Part shown: positions 27,556-38,931 of the stretch, in pieces
Numbering within the stretch: position 1 is the stretch's first letter
How the letters are laid out: the number at the start of each line of letters is the position of its first letter
NCBI GenBank assembly: GCA_964609855.1
Contig: CAZSTB010000007.1
Span: 94 to 64,093 of the forward strand
DNA: 64,000 nucleotides
Direction of reading: 5' to 3'
Origin: an uncultured Bdellovibrionales bacterium
GTDB taxonomy: Bacteria > Patescibacteriota > Minisyncoccia > Moranbacterales > GWC2-37-73
The notes under the pieces: model-generated
Seen by the model: the letters and a program-made list of their open reading frames with translations, nothing else
What the model was told of the DNA's origin: nothing
Databases searched by the model: none
Made by a program: the position numbers and the translations under genes

Positions 27556-30093
27556 CTACGCAACCACAATATTGATAAGCTTTCCTGGGACAAAGATAAT
27601 CTTTTTTATTTCCTTACCATCAGTAAAAACTCTCACCTTTTCATTTTCAAGTGCAGTTTCTTTGATCTCATCCTCTGTCACATCTGCGGCCACCATTAGG
27701 CGCTCGCGGACTTTCCCATTGATTTGAACAACCATTTCAATTTCCTCATCTCTCAAAAAATCCGGGTCTGCCTTAGGCCAAGATTGCAAGAAAATTGATT
27801 CCTTATGTTCAAGAAGTTCCTGCCAAATCTCTTCTGCAATATGTGGTGCAAACGGCGCCAACATAATCAAAAATTTTTCAAAATCATCAATAGTTATAAG
27901 TGTTATAGATTTAGATTCACTACCAGTTTTTATAAAATCGTTTTCGTCACCTTGATCAATCATATAAAAGCCATTTCGCAAAATCATCAACTGACTCACA
28001 GCCGTATTAAACCTAAAATTCTCAATGTCACTTGTAACTTTTTTGATGGTTTTATTTAATAAAACTTTTAACGAAGTAGGAGTGGGTCCTTTGTTGGAAT
28101 TCCAGGCATCAATATTAAGCCATAATTTAAACCATTCTGGATCTCGCTCTTTGTCTCTAGTAACAAATTCAAATATCCTGTCTAAAAACCTTTTCAGTCC
28201 GATTATGTTCTGAGTATTCCATGCCTTGCTTTCTTCAAGAGGACCCATGAACATCTCATACAACCTGAGTGCGTCGGCGCCGAATTCAGCCACAACTTCA
28301 TCAGGATTCACAACGTTTCCCAGTGATTTTGACATCTTTCTTCCATCAGCAGCCATAATCATTCCCTGATGTCGAAGTTTCAAAAATGGTTCATCAAAAT
28401 TGACATAGCCAAATTTTTTCAAAGCCTTCGTGAAGAAACGTGCATACAAAAGATGAAGAACTGTGTGCTCAGCTCCTCCCATATACAAATCAACAGGCAT
28501 CCATTTCTCGATGTTTTCCTTAGCTGCAAATTCTTTTTTATTTTTCGGATCAGCAAATCTCAAATAATACCATGACGAACAAACGAAAGTATCCATCGTA
28601 TCTGACTCTCGCCTTGCCTGACCTCCACAATTTGGACATTTCACATCATGGAAAGTTTTGGAATTTACAAGCGGAGATTCACCTGTAGGTTTGAAATCAA
28701 CATCAGTCGGAAGCATTACTGGAAGATTTTCTTCTTTTTCCGCAACCTCTCCGCATTTGTCACAATAAATAATCGGAATAGGAGCTCCCCAATATCTTTG
28801 ACGTGAAACCAGCCAATCGCGAAGACGATAATTTATTTTTTTCTTTCCAAGCCCTTCTTTTTCCAACCATTCCCCCATTTTCAATCGAGCATCAGCTGAA
28901 CTCAATTCTGTGTAATCTCCGGAAGCTATCAATATACCATCTTCCGTGAATGCCCCATTTGAAATTTCTCCGCCGGAAATCACTTCCTTGATATTAAGAT
29001 TATATTTTTTGGCAAATTCAAAATCTCTTTCATCATGAGCCGGAACCGCCATAACTGCGCCTGTTCCATATTGGCTAAGAACATAGTCGGCCACGAATAA
29101 TGCTACCTCTCCACCGTTGAACGGATTGGTCACTTTCACACCCTGCAGTTCAACGCCAGTTTTTTCTTTGGCCTCCATTCTCTCCAAGTCTGTTTTCTTT
29201 TTAGCGCCTTCCAAATATTTTTCAACTTCAGCAAAATTCATGATTTTCCCTTTCAATTCCTGAATCAGCTTATGTTCAGGAGAAAGCACCACATATGTTA
29301 TTCCATATGCGGTATCGATACGAGTTGTGTATACTTCGACAAATTTATCATCTCCGATTATTTGCATCTTAAACTCAACACCTTCACTTTTTCCGATCCA
29401 GTTTTTCTGCGCAAGCTTGGTTGAACTCGGCCAATCAATTCCATCCAAGCCACTTATAAGACCCGCTACTTTTCCATTCTCACTTTCTTGGTCCTCGATA
29501 AAATCTGTGATTTTGAAAAACCATTGCGCTAAATCCTTTTGGACAACTTGATTTTTGCAGCGTTCGCAAGCACCATCCACCACTTGCTCATTAGCGAGCA
29601 CAGTCATGCAAGAATCGCACCAATTAACCTTGGCTTTTTTCTTATATGCCAAACCATTCTTGTACAGAAATAAGAAAAACCATTGTGTCCATTTGTAATA
29701 TTCAGGACTTGAAGTGTCAATCTCTCGAGACCAATCATAGGAGAGTCCCAAGCTGCCGATTTGCTTGGTGAAATTCTTGATGTTCTGATGCGTTGTTTCG
29801 TTTGGATGAGTTCCATTTTTGATAGCAAAATTTTCCGCCGGAAGACCGAAAGCATCCCAACCAATCGGATGAAGCACATTGAAACCAGAAAGTCTTTTGA
29901 AGCGAGAATAAATATCTGTTGCCGTGTAATTCTCGACGTGCCCAACATGAAGACCAGCAGCTGAAGGATATGGGAACATATCTAAACAATAAAATTTCGG
30001 CTTATCAGAATTTTCTTGAGCTTCCGACAAAGAGGCTTGACCCGACCATCTGTCCTGCCATTTCTTTTCAATGTTTTTTGGTTCGTATTTCAT
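27556..30093 (-). CDS. leuS: Leucine--tRNA ligase
   Basis: MFPYPSAAGLHVGH, GWDAFGLPAEN, YTTR editing domain, KMSKS. Confidence 0.98.
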   Translation of the reverse strand: MKYEPKNIEKKWQDRWSGQASLSEAQENSDKPKFYCLDMFPYPSAAGLHVGHVENYTATDIYSRFKRLSGFNVLHPIGWDAFGLPAENFAIKNGTHPNETTHQNIKNFTKQIGSLGLSYDWSREIDTSSPEYYKWTQWFFLFLYKNGLAYKKKAKVNWCDSCMTVLANEQVVDGACERCKNQVVQKDLAQWFFKITDFIEDQESENGKVAGLISGLDGIDWPSSTKLAQKNWIGKSEGVEFKMQIIGDDKFVEVYTTRIDTAYGITYVVLSPEHKLIQELKGKIMNFAEVEKYLEGAKKKTDLERMEAKEKTGVELQGVKVTNPFNGGEVALFVADYVLSQYGTGAVMAVPAHDERDFEFAKKYNLNIKEVISGGEISNGAFTEDGILIASGDYTELSSADARLKMGEWLEKEGLGKKKINYRLRDWLVSRQRYWGAPIPIIYCDKCGEVAEKEENLPVMLPTDVDFKPTGESPLVNSKTFHDVKCPNCGGQARRESDTMDTFVCSSWYYLRFADPKNKKEFAAKENIEKWMPVDLYMGGAEHTVLHLLYARFFTKALKKFGYVNFDEPFLKLRHQGMIMAADGRKMSKSLGNVVNPDEVVAEFGADALRLYEMFMGPLEESKAWNTQNIIGLKRFLDRIFEFVTRDKERDPEWFKLWLNIDAWNSNKGPTPTSLKVLLNKTIKKVTSDIENFRFNTAVSQLMILRNGFYMIDQGDENDFIKTGSESKSITLITIDDFEKFLIMLAPFAPHIAEEIWQELLEHKESIFLQSWPKADPDFLRDEEIEMVVQINGKVRERLMVAADVTEDEIKETALENEKVRVFTDGKEIKKIIFVPGKLINIVVA

Positions 30094-30252
30094 ATAACAT
30101 ATAAACATTTAATCATATAAACATACAAGCAAGATTCATTAAAGAATCAAAATTGCTTTAACTGCTTAAATGTTCAAATGATTGAATGATTAAAAACCGC
30201 TTTTCTATATTTTAGCGGTTTTTCAGTGATTTAGCAAGGAATATTTGATTTA

Positions 30253-31092
30253 TTATTCCTTTTGTTGAGCCTCAAATGCCAAGAAAACATTTTCTAAAAG
30301 ACAAGCAATAGTCACAGGTCCCACTCCACCCGGAACAGGAGTAATCCAGCCAGAAAGAGCTTCTGTTGAGCCAAAATCTACATCGCCAAACACATGTTCG
30401 CCAACCTTTTCAATCCCTCCGTCAATAATTATGGAGCCACTTTTAAACATCTGACCCCTCAAGAGCCCTGGCGAGCCCACAGCACTTACCACGACATCTG
30501 CAGCCTCAATATTCCTGAGATTCGAAAGAATCTCAGTCGCGATGAGGTATTCAGCCTCTAAACCTTTTTTGTGCAATGCGGCAACCATAATGCCACCGAA
30601 TTCCTGGGAATTAGCAATCACCACAGCTTTTTTTGCTATCAAATTTTCACCAGTACTTTCCAGAATTCTGATAATGGCACGCGGAAAAACTGGCATAATT
30701 CCGCTCTCTCCTCGTAAAAACTTTTCAGTATTTTCCAGATGAAATCCGTCTGCATCTTTTTCCGGCGCTATACTTTTCATTATTTTTTCCGTATCAAAGC
30801 GTTTCGGAAGTGGAAGTTGCACGATTATACCATTGACTATATTGTCATTATTGAATTTTTCAATTCTTTCAATAATTTCTGCTTGCGAAGTATGCTCAGC
30901 CAAATCGTAGCGGAAAAAATTCATACCAATCTCATGAGCTCTTTTCTCTTTCAAGGAAACATAAATTTGTGAAGCCTTATCATTCCCTACCAAAATTACA
31001 GCCAAGCCAGGTTTTTTCGCAGTCAAAGCAATCTCATCTTTCAAATGGGATAAAATCTTGTCCGCTACAGGTTTTCCAAAGAGTAAATTCAT
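30253..31092 (-). CDS. folD: Methylenetetrahydrofolate dehydrogenase/cyclohydrolase
   Basis: PGLAVILVG, GIIVQLPLP, KDADG, TPVPGGVGPVT. Confidence 0.95.
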   Translation of the reverse strand: MNLLFGKPVADKILSHLKDEIALTAKKPGLAVILVGNDKASQIYVSLKEKRAHEIGMNFFRYDLAEHTSQAEIIERIEKFNNDNIVNGIIVQLPLPKRFDTEKIMKSIAPEKDADGFHLENTEKFLRGESGIMPVFPRAIIRILESTGENLIAKKAVVIANSQEFGGIMVAALHKKGLEAEYLIATEILSNLRNIEAADVVVSAVGSPGLLRGQMFKSGSIIIDGGIEKVGEHVFGDVDFGSTEALSGWITPVPGGVGPVTIACLLENVFLAFEAQQKE

Positions 31093-31294
31093 ATATACCG
31101 AGTATTAATATTGCTCAATAAACTATACACACAAATGAATTTTGAAGCAACATTTTGCACCTTAATAAATTCACAATGCTCAATTTTCAATTTGCAGTGA
31201 ATTTTGAAAATTTATTGAAAATTGTGAATATTGAAAATTGTGAATTTTGCCTAAGCTTATCCAAAGGGAAGAAAATTGAAAATTCTTGTAAGTC

Positions 31295-32533
31295 CTACTT
31301 GTATCTGAGCGCGTCCAAAGGATCAATTTTACTGGCTCTACGAGCTGGAACATAACCGGTCATGAATCCCACAACGCCTGAGAAACCCAAGATCGCCAAC
31401 ACGAACCAGAGTGGCGAATAGAACAAACTGACACTTTGTCCCCCAAAACGCGTGGCAACCAAATTTATTGCAGTGTTAAATACCAAACCTCCAAGCCAGC
31501 CGATCGTCACACCCATACATCCTCCCAAAAATCCCATAATTGCGGACTCCATAAAAAACATCACGGATATGGAAAGATCCGAAGCCCCAATTGATTTCAT
31601 AATTCCAATCTCTTCCGTTCTCTCAAGGAGCGTGATAGTCATAGTGTTAAACATACCGATTGCGGAAACCACTAAAGCAATAATTCCGAAGAGCATCAAG
31701 ATTATCTGCACAACTTTAAATATTTGATTTGCTTGATCAACTGTGTCAGAAAGCGATGAAACCAAAAGCCCATATTCCAAAATCGTATCTCGAATCAAAC
31801 CCATCTCCCCATTGGAGCTTGTTTTTACTTTAACCTGACCATAGCGATCAATCCCTAAATCATCAAGTGATGAGGCATTAATATATACGATATTATCTTC
31901 ACCATCAATGACGCCAGTGATTATATATTTACGTTGACTATCAACCCTACTAAATTCACTTTCTGCTTGAGCATCGCTATCTTCTGCTGCTTCAGGGTTA
32001 GCAATTTCAACAGATTCGGCCCTAGGCACAAAGAACGAAAATGACATCTCCTTTCCCATCATTTCGTCTACTGTTTTACCAAAAACTTGTGCCACCGCGC
32101 TACTAATTACGATGCCATTTTGATTATCCTCGCTCAATAGATTTCCTTTACTTGGCTTAAATCCACCAAGTTTCAAAAAAGATGGTTTCGAACCTATGGT
32201 AACCAAATCCGCAGAAAGATCCTCCAAATGACCCTGTGTGGTAATCTGGAAAGCAGGACTCACCTCTTCGACGCCAGACATGACCTCGATCTTCTTTATC
32301 ATTTCCTTATTCAGGGTAACTATTCCTGATTTTGCCTCCGAAATATCCAGAGTTAAAAGTGAATCTGAAGTTGTAATCTTTTCAAGCAAAGTTTTTTGCA
32401 GACCATATCCAAGCGAAACCAGAAATAAAATCGCACCAATACCGATACTCATACCAAGCACAGTTAAAAGCGTACGCGAGGTTCGCGCTTTAAACATGCG
32501 GGTTGATAATTTAAATAAGTCTACAAATTTCAT
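31295..32533 (-). CDS. MacB/FtsX-like ABC transporter permease
   Basis: RTLLTVLG, ERTEEIGIMKSIGA, PARRASKIDPLDALRY. Confidence 0.92.
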   Translation of the reverse strand: MKFVDLFKLSTRMFKARTSRTLLTVLGMSIGIGAILFLVSLGYGLQKTLLEKITTSDSLLTLDISEAKSGIVTLNKEMIKKIEVMSGVEEVSPAFQITTQGHLEDLSADLVTIGSKPSFLKLGGFKPSKGNLLSEDNQNGIVISSAVAQVFGKTVDEMMGKEMSFSFFVPRAESVEIANPEAAEDSDAQAESEFSRVDSQRKYIITGVIDGEDNIVYINASSLDDLGIDRYGQVKVKTSSNGEMGLIRDTILEYGLLVSSLSDTVDQANQIFKVVQIILMLFGIIALVVSAIGMFNTMTITLLERTEEIGIMKSIGASDLSISVMFFMESAIMGFLGGCMGVTIGWLGGLVFNTAINLVATRFGGQSVSLFYSPLWFVLAILGFSGVVGFMTGYVPARRASKIDPLDALRYK

Positions 32534-32573
32534 AGTATATAGTTCAATTTCTAATTTTCAAACTCCTGAACGC

Positions 32574-33884
32574 CTATGCTGAATATTTTAAAAGCATAAC
32601 AAGTTCAACTTCTCGCACGACTTTTTCAGCAGTTCCCTTGTATAACCCCACGCCACCTAGAGATTTAGGAGCATCCAGCCTTTGTTGCAGACCAAATCTG
32701 TCTATTTTATTTTCTATACGCAGCTTAATAAACGACCTAAAGCGTAAAAGAACATCGTCATCAAATTTCAAATGATGCGTATCGGAAAGATAGTTTGAAA
32801 ATTCAACCAATGCAGTTTCCTGTTCACTATTTAGAATTTCAGTCTGCTTCATGATTCGATTCACTCTTTCAGTAAATGTCCGCGCTCTCAACTTGTTCCA
32901 GCCCGCACCACCTTTATCAAAATCTAAATCTAATTTCTCACTTAAACTACTGCTATCGATATTTTTAAATAAAAATTCTTTCAAAAGATTTTCAGCGGTT
33001 CCTACCTGCTCCTCACTAAGTTCAGAGAGTACATGCGAAAGCAGTTGCTTAGCCTTGAAAGGAATAAGCAGCACACCAACTTGCTGCAAGGAAAGATTTT
33101 TAAATGTTCGCATCAGCAACTTCAATTCTCCTGAAATTTCCTCTGGAGTAGCAGCTATCTCTTCTTTCAAAGCTTCTTTTGGACGCTTATCATGATTGAT
33201 TTCCTCACTAACTTTCTTACCATCTTTCATATGGATGATTCTATCAGCATAAACAAGATGTTCAGGATTATGCGTAACCATTATCAGTGTCTTTTTATCT
33301 GTGCCATTAATCTCCTTGAAAATATCCAGTACATTCTGGGCAGATTCACTGTCAAGATTTCCCACTGGTTCATCAGCAAGAATGATATCAGGATTATTCA
33401 CCAATGCTCTCGCAATCGAAACGCGCTGCTTCTGTCCTCCAGAAAGTTGCGCCGGGAAGCGGTCAGCTTGTTCAGAAATACCAAAACGTCTCAATAGGTC
33501 CATTGCTTTCGCTCGTCGCTCTATTAAACCCTCTCCGCGAAAAACTTTAGGCAAGCAAACATTATCCAAAACTGTTAACGTTTCAATCAAATAAAAAGCC
33601 TGGAAAACCATCCCGATACTGGTTTGATGAAACTCAACTTTTTCGCGCTTCGACATTTGTGCCAGATTTTTTCCTTGCACAACCACGTCTCCGTATGAAG
33701 GCGCCTGCAATCCCGAAATACCATAAAGTAATGTTGACTTTCCACAGCCGGACGGACCATAGATGATTATATATTCTTCAGGATAAATTTCCACACTAAC
33801 ACCGTCCAATGAACGTACTTCATTGGACTTTCCCTTGTTATAAATAACCCTTAATTGATCAACTTTTATGCACGGTTCAACCAT
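32574..33884 (-). CDS. ABC ATP-binding protein (MacB/LolD-like) with about 200-aa C-terminal extension
   Basis: GPSGCGKS, LSGGQKQR, ILADEP, MVTH. Confidence 0.92.
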   Translation of the reverse strand: MVEPCIKVDQLRVIYNKGKSNEVRSLDGVSVEIYPEEYIIIYGPSGCGKSTLLYGISGLQAPSYGDVVVQGKNLAQMSKREKVEFHQTSIGMVFQAFYLIETLTVLDNVCLPKVFRGEGLIERRAKAMDLLRRFGISEQADRFPAQLSGGQKQRVSIARALVNNPDIILADEPVGNLDSESAQNVLDIFKEINGTDKKTLIMVTHNPEHLVYADRIIHMKDGKKVSEEINHDKRPKEALKEEIAATPEEISGELKLLMRTFKNLSLQQVGVLLIPFKAKQLLSHVLSELSEEQVGTAENLLKEFLFKNIDSSSLSEKLDLDFDKGGAGWNKLRARTFTERVNRIMKQTEILNSEQETALVEFSNYLSDTHHLKFDDDVLLRFRSFIKLRIENKIDRFGLQQRLDAPKSLGGVGLYKGTAEKVVREVELVMLLKYSA

Positions 33885-34106
33885 TTTTATTTATTTTCTT
33901 TTTATTTGTTTTGTTTTTATTAAATTGAATCACAACTAGATTCAACAGCAATAATTTATTTAATAATAACATAGAAATCCAAATCTGAACAGCTGATATT
34001 CCTCTAAAATAAACTCGGAACATTTTCAACCAATGAATGCAAAAAATCCACTCACGAGAAGTATCATGAGTGGATAAAGTCAGGAATTCTGCCAAAAACC
34101 TAAGTC

Positions 34107-34403
34107 CTATAAACTAAAGAGCTCTTTAAACATTTTATTAAATTCTCGAAGCTTTTTAGTATTCACGCTGTAGTGACGGAAAGTCCCTTCGCGTTTTTCA
34201 TTCAATAGGTCCATAGCTTTAAGCTTGGAAATATGATGTGAAGTTAGATTTTGCGGAAGCTTAAGCTTGTTGTGGATATCTGTAACATTCATTGTTCCAT
34301 TGCCCAAAACAAACAATATCCTCAAACGGTTCACGTCAGAAACCGTCTTTAAGAAATTGTTTACTTGCACAAAATTTGCACCTTCTGTAACTTGTTTTGC
34401 CAT
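34107..34403 (-). CDS. ArsR/SmtB-family regulator
   Basis: SDVNRLRIL, QNLTSHHISKL, KREG..RHY. Confidence 0.88.
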   Translation of the reverse strand: MAKQVTEGANFVQVNNFLKTVSDVNRLRILFVLGNGTMNVTDIHNKLKLPQNLTSHHISKLKAMDLLNEKREGTFRHYSVNTKKLREFNKMFKELFSL

Positions 34404-34707
34404 TTGTTTTTATGATTCGAATCTACGAATGTAATCGATTCCGATACTGGAATCGGATGGAATTCGTATCATTCGCATCAAATTATTAATTATTCCTCAA
34501 CTTAAGGAGTTTTTGATAAATAGTAATTATTAAAATTGCCAAAAACTTACCCATCATGTTTATACGCCGTATACATATTTATTCTTTCAACATCAATACA
34601 ATCCGCACTGTTGGATTCTGCAAAATACTTGCCTAATAGCATTCCGGATAACTAAAATTCTGGCTGCGCCAGAATTTTAATAAATAAATGATATTTTTAA
34701 TTCGATA

Positions 34708-35883
<1,176 letters not shown>

Positions 35884-35939
35884 CTATCCTATTGTACACG
35901 TAAAAAACTACTTGTAAACACTCAACTTATTTTTAGATA

Positions 35940-37850
35940 CTATCTTGCTACTTTTCCATTTGCATATCCAACTGCTGAGTCTTCAGCTAATTGCGTATCT
36001 TTAGCCTCACCTTGAAGTACGATATCCTTGTTAATGAAGCCATCCTTAGCTACGAAAGAAGATTTGCCTAGAAGTTGAATAGGCTGACCAACTTGGTTTA
36101 TCTGTGGAGTTACACCCACCTGAAAAATAATTTCACGCGGCGGCATTAAAATCCCACTTCCTGCAATTACATCTCCCGCATCCCAAACAAGTTGGTTAGT
36201 CCTTTCATTATAACTGATTTTATCATTAAGTGGGAAAATTTTTCCAGTCCATCGCACACCTGATGGTAATGAGCCCATCACTTTAACATCTTTTATATCA
36301 TTAGAAATGTTTGTTATCAGCCAATGCAACGTGAAAGTGGTTTCTGTGCCGACAACCATCGGAATAGGTCCAGTATTTGGAATTTTTGTATCATTATAAT
36401 AGCCTCTTGATTCAAAAAGCACTTTCGATGCAAGCCTTAATTCCATTCTATCAGTATCGATAATCTTATTGGAATCGATCGGAGTAGGAATATCTGGTGA
36501 ATCAATTTTTGCAATCGAAGAAACTATGAAATTTTTATCCAATTTGTTTTCTATCACAATAATATCTTTAACAGGAATAGAAAATAAAACACTTCCACCT
36601 GTCTTAGGCGCGATATTTGCAAGACCGGGAGCATCTGATGCTTTCCAAGTTATAAGACCCTTGGCTGCATCAAAAGAACCTCCTGAAGTTTGAATCTTGG
36701 AAAAATCCAATATTTCTCCCTTAATTTCTGCAGAAATAATCGCATCCCTCAACCCGATATCACCGGTATTGTAATAAGAAATCTTATATTTTAAAATTTC
36801 TCCTGCAGCAATATTATTATCAGATCGTCCCTCCAAAGACTGCTTCACGTCAAGGACTGGGGTGACAATAAGAGTGTTTTGCTCCTGCTTATTGAACACA
36901 ATAAATTCACCACTTTGACCCATGCGACCAAGAGAGGCAGTTATCTGCTTAGTTTCGCCATTTTCTCCATTAATTTGACCCTGTATCTTAATCTTGCCTG
37001 ACTGACCAGATTCTAGATTGCCCAAATACCAATAAATATCTTTCTCGGAAGGTTTTGGCTCAGCATTGTTCATCTGGAATCCTTGCGGAAAATCAATTCT
37101 GATTTGAGCGCCATTCATCTGCCTAAAATCAAGATTTTCATAATTGATTTCATATTCCATGATATCCCCGCTTACCAATTTTTGCGGCGCAGAAATATCC
37201 AAAATCACAGGTGCCGTAGCGATGTTTACGCCAATCTGATTCTCCATCTTAAGCTCACTATTTCCATTCGATGGAGTAAATAGCATTTCTACATTTAAAT
37301 AAACTGGAAAATCCTTAGGTGCATAAAAAATACCCCTCAGATCAACCTCTCCTTCACTCATCGGCTTTATATCCCCAAGAAAAATTTTACTTGCCGAAGG
37401 ACTAAGAAATTTCAAGTTTACATTATCAGTCGGCTGAAAATTCTCAGTATAATGAAGCTGAAGTATTACACCTTTAAGTGCAACTCTATTGTTATTCTTA
37501 TAATGAATTCCGTATTTTACCTGCTGAGTACTATCAGCTTCCTTAGGGCCCACAAAAGATATTTCAACGCGATCTTGATGAAAAGCATTCTTTGTCCACC
37601 AGCTATAAAAGTAAGCTCCCCCAATAGCCAAAAGAATCAAACCTAAGATTATAAGACCGATCCAGAGTTTCTTTTTTCCCGAGGGTGTTAGACCCTTTTG
37701 CGGTTGATTCCATTTTTCCTGGCCTTCAAAGGGATTAGGTGCACCACTGGGGCCAGACAAAGGATCATACTCACTGCGCTCATGTTCGCGATTAATCGCT
37801 TTATCTGCAGTCTGACTGTAAAGTTCCTTATTGAGATTATCAAGAGGCAT
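35940..37850 (-). CDS. Membrane-anchored extracellular protein with DUF11/Ig-like repeats
   Basis: One N-terminal TM; repeated GDxxxYxIxYxN and WxxGxL patterns. Confidence 0.75.
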   Translation of the reverse strand: MPLDNLNKELYSQTADKAINREHERSEYDPLSGPSGAPNPFEGQEKWNQPQKGLTPSGKKKLWIGLIILGLILLAIGGAYFYSWWTKNAFHQDRVEISFVGPKEADSTQQVKYGIHYKNNNRVALKGVILQLHYTENFQPTDNVNLKFLSPSASKIFLGDIKPMSEGEVDLRGIFYAPKDFPVYLNVEMLFTPSNGNSELKMENQIGVNIATAPVILDISAPQKLVSGDIMEYEINYENLDFRQMNGAQIRIDFPQGFQMNNAEPKPSEKDIYWYLGNLESGQSGKIKIQGQINGENGETKQITASLGRMGQSGEFIVFNKQEQNTLIVTPVLDVKQSLEGRSDNNIAAGEILKYKISYYNTGDIGLRDAIISAEIKGEILDFSKIQTSGGSFDAAKGLITWKASDAPGLANIAPKTGGSVLFSIPVKDIIVIENKLDKNFIVSSIAKIDSPDIPTPIDSNKIIDTDRMELRLASKVLFESRGYYNDTKIPNTGPIPMVVGTETTFTLHWLITNISNDIKDVKVMGSLPSGVRWTGKIFPLNDKISYNERTNQLVWDAGDVIAGSGILMPPREIIFQVGVTPQINQVGQPIQLLGKSSFVAKDGFINKDIVLQGEAKDTQLAEDSAVGYANGKVAR

Positions 37851-37937
37851 ATTTTTATATTTTATTTTTATTCTTTATAACATTATACCACGAAATAGTG
37901 CATTAAAAAAATTAAGCAAATACAGTGTGCTTTGTGC

Positions 37938-38657
37938 TTAAATATTCCACCTCAAAAATTCATCCAGCGCCAATCGCGCACTATCGCAGTCCTTACTTTC
38001 AGCATTAATTTTCTTAATCACATTCATGCGATGGGATAAAAAAAGCCTAAGCAATTTAATCGCATTCGCACCAATTGGCAGACAATTTTCTAAATTATCT
38101 TTTGAGCATTTATTGCAAAGTGTTCCACCATGCTTCGCACTGAAACTAAGAAAATTTTCAGATAACATGTTACCACAGCTTACGCAGGCTGAAACTTCTA
38201 TTGCATATCCCAAAGCATTAAGCAGCTTCGTTATGAAGGCCAGACGAAGCAAGACGTATTTCTCGGTAACCTTTTTTTGAGCACACTCATTTACCGCTTC
38301 CAGATAATCTTTCAAAATCTGAAAAACCGCAGGATCCGGATTTTCAAAATCAACCAATTTATCAAAAATTGAAAGCCCCAAGAAAGTCTCTAGCAGCGCA
38401 TCGCAATCCCGCTTTAGCTCGCTGAAGTTCTGCTCCACGATCGAGCCTGTAATTTTTCCCAAACCGCGCGTCCTAGCGATAGTGATGTCTGCCATGGTTA
38501 CATTCTCCAAGGAAGCTGCTAATTTTGCCTGAGATTTTCTCACACTTTTTGCCAAGCTTCTTATTTTTCCTCCCTCAAGAGTATAAATCGTATAAATTCG
38601 ATCCATTTCTCCAACGTTACGCTTATTCAAGATAATTCCTGTGTATTTATATTCCAT
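37938..38657 (-). CDS. recO: DNA repair protein RecO
   Basis: GIIL..GEMDRI..YT..GKI..AKSVRK; CVSC/CNKC zinc finger. Confidence 0.92.
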   Translation of the reverse strand: MEYKYTGIILNKRNVGEMDRIYTIYTLEGGKIRSLAKSVRKSQAKLAASLENVTMADITIARTRGLGKITGSIVEQNFSELKRDCDALLETFLGLSIFDKLVDFENPDPAVFQILKDYLEAVNECAQKKVTEKYVLLRLAFITKLLNALGYAIEVSACVSCGNMLSENFLSFSAKHGGTLCNKCSKDNLENCLPIGANAIKLLRLFLSHRMNVIKKINAESKDCDSARLALDEFLRWNI

Positions 38658-38730
38658 TTCGTAATCGTATCTCGTATCTCGTATTTTGTATAGTTTTAAA
38701 AAGCGCCCTGTGTTTCAAGGGCGCCGGCTT

Positions 38731-38880
38731 TCATAAATGCTTCAGGAGATGATTGATTCCGTAACCTCCAAGAACGATAAGCAGTATGACAATCGTCAAA
38801 ACAATTCTCTCTCGCACTGGCATCGCTTTATCGAACTCATGGTGGTCACTTGCGAACTTTTTTACATCATCATCTGTCAT
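38731..38880 (-). CDS. 49-aa single-TM small protein, absent from the ORF track
   Basis: AAAGGAGG SD; MTDDDVKKFASDHHEFDKAMPVRERIVLTIVILLIVLGGYGINHLLKHL; GCGCCCT hairpin plus T tract follows. Confidence 0.6.
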   Translation of the reverse strand: MTDDDVKKFASDHHEFDKAMPVRERIVLTIVILLIVLGGYGINHLLKHL

Positions 38881-38931
38881 GGCATACTTCCTCCTTTAGA
38901 TTAGATTAAAAAGCAAGGAACTGCCTCTATT

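Noticed and set aside
27890-28160. Extra segments in the LeuS anticodon-binding domain as an intein or repeat insertion
   Set aside because: Too short, no intein termini, and no DNA palindrome or periodicity seen
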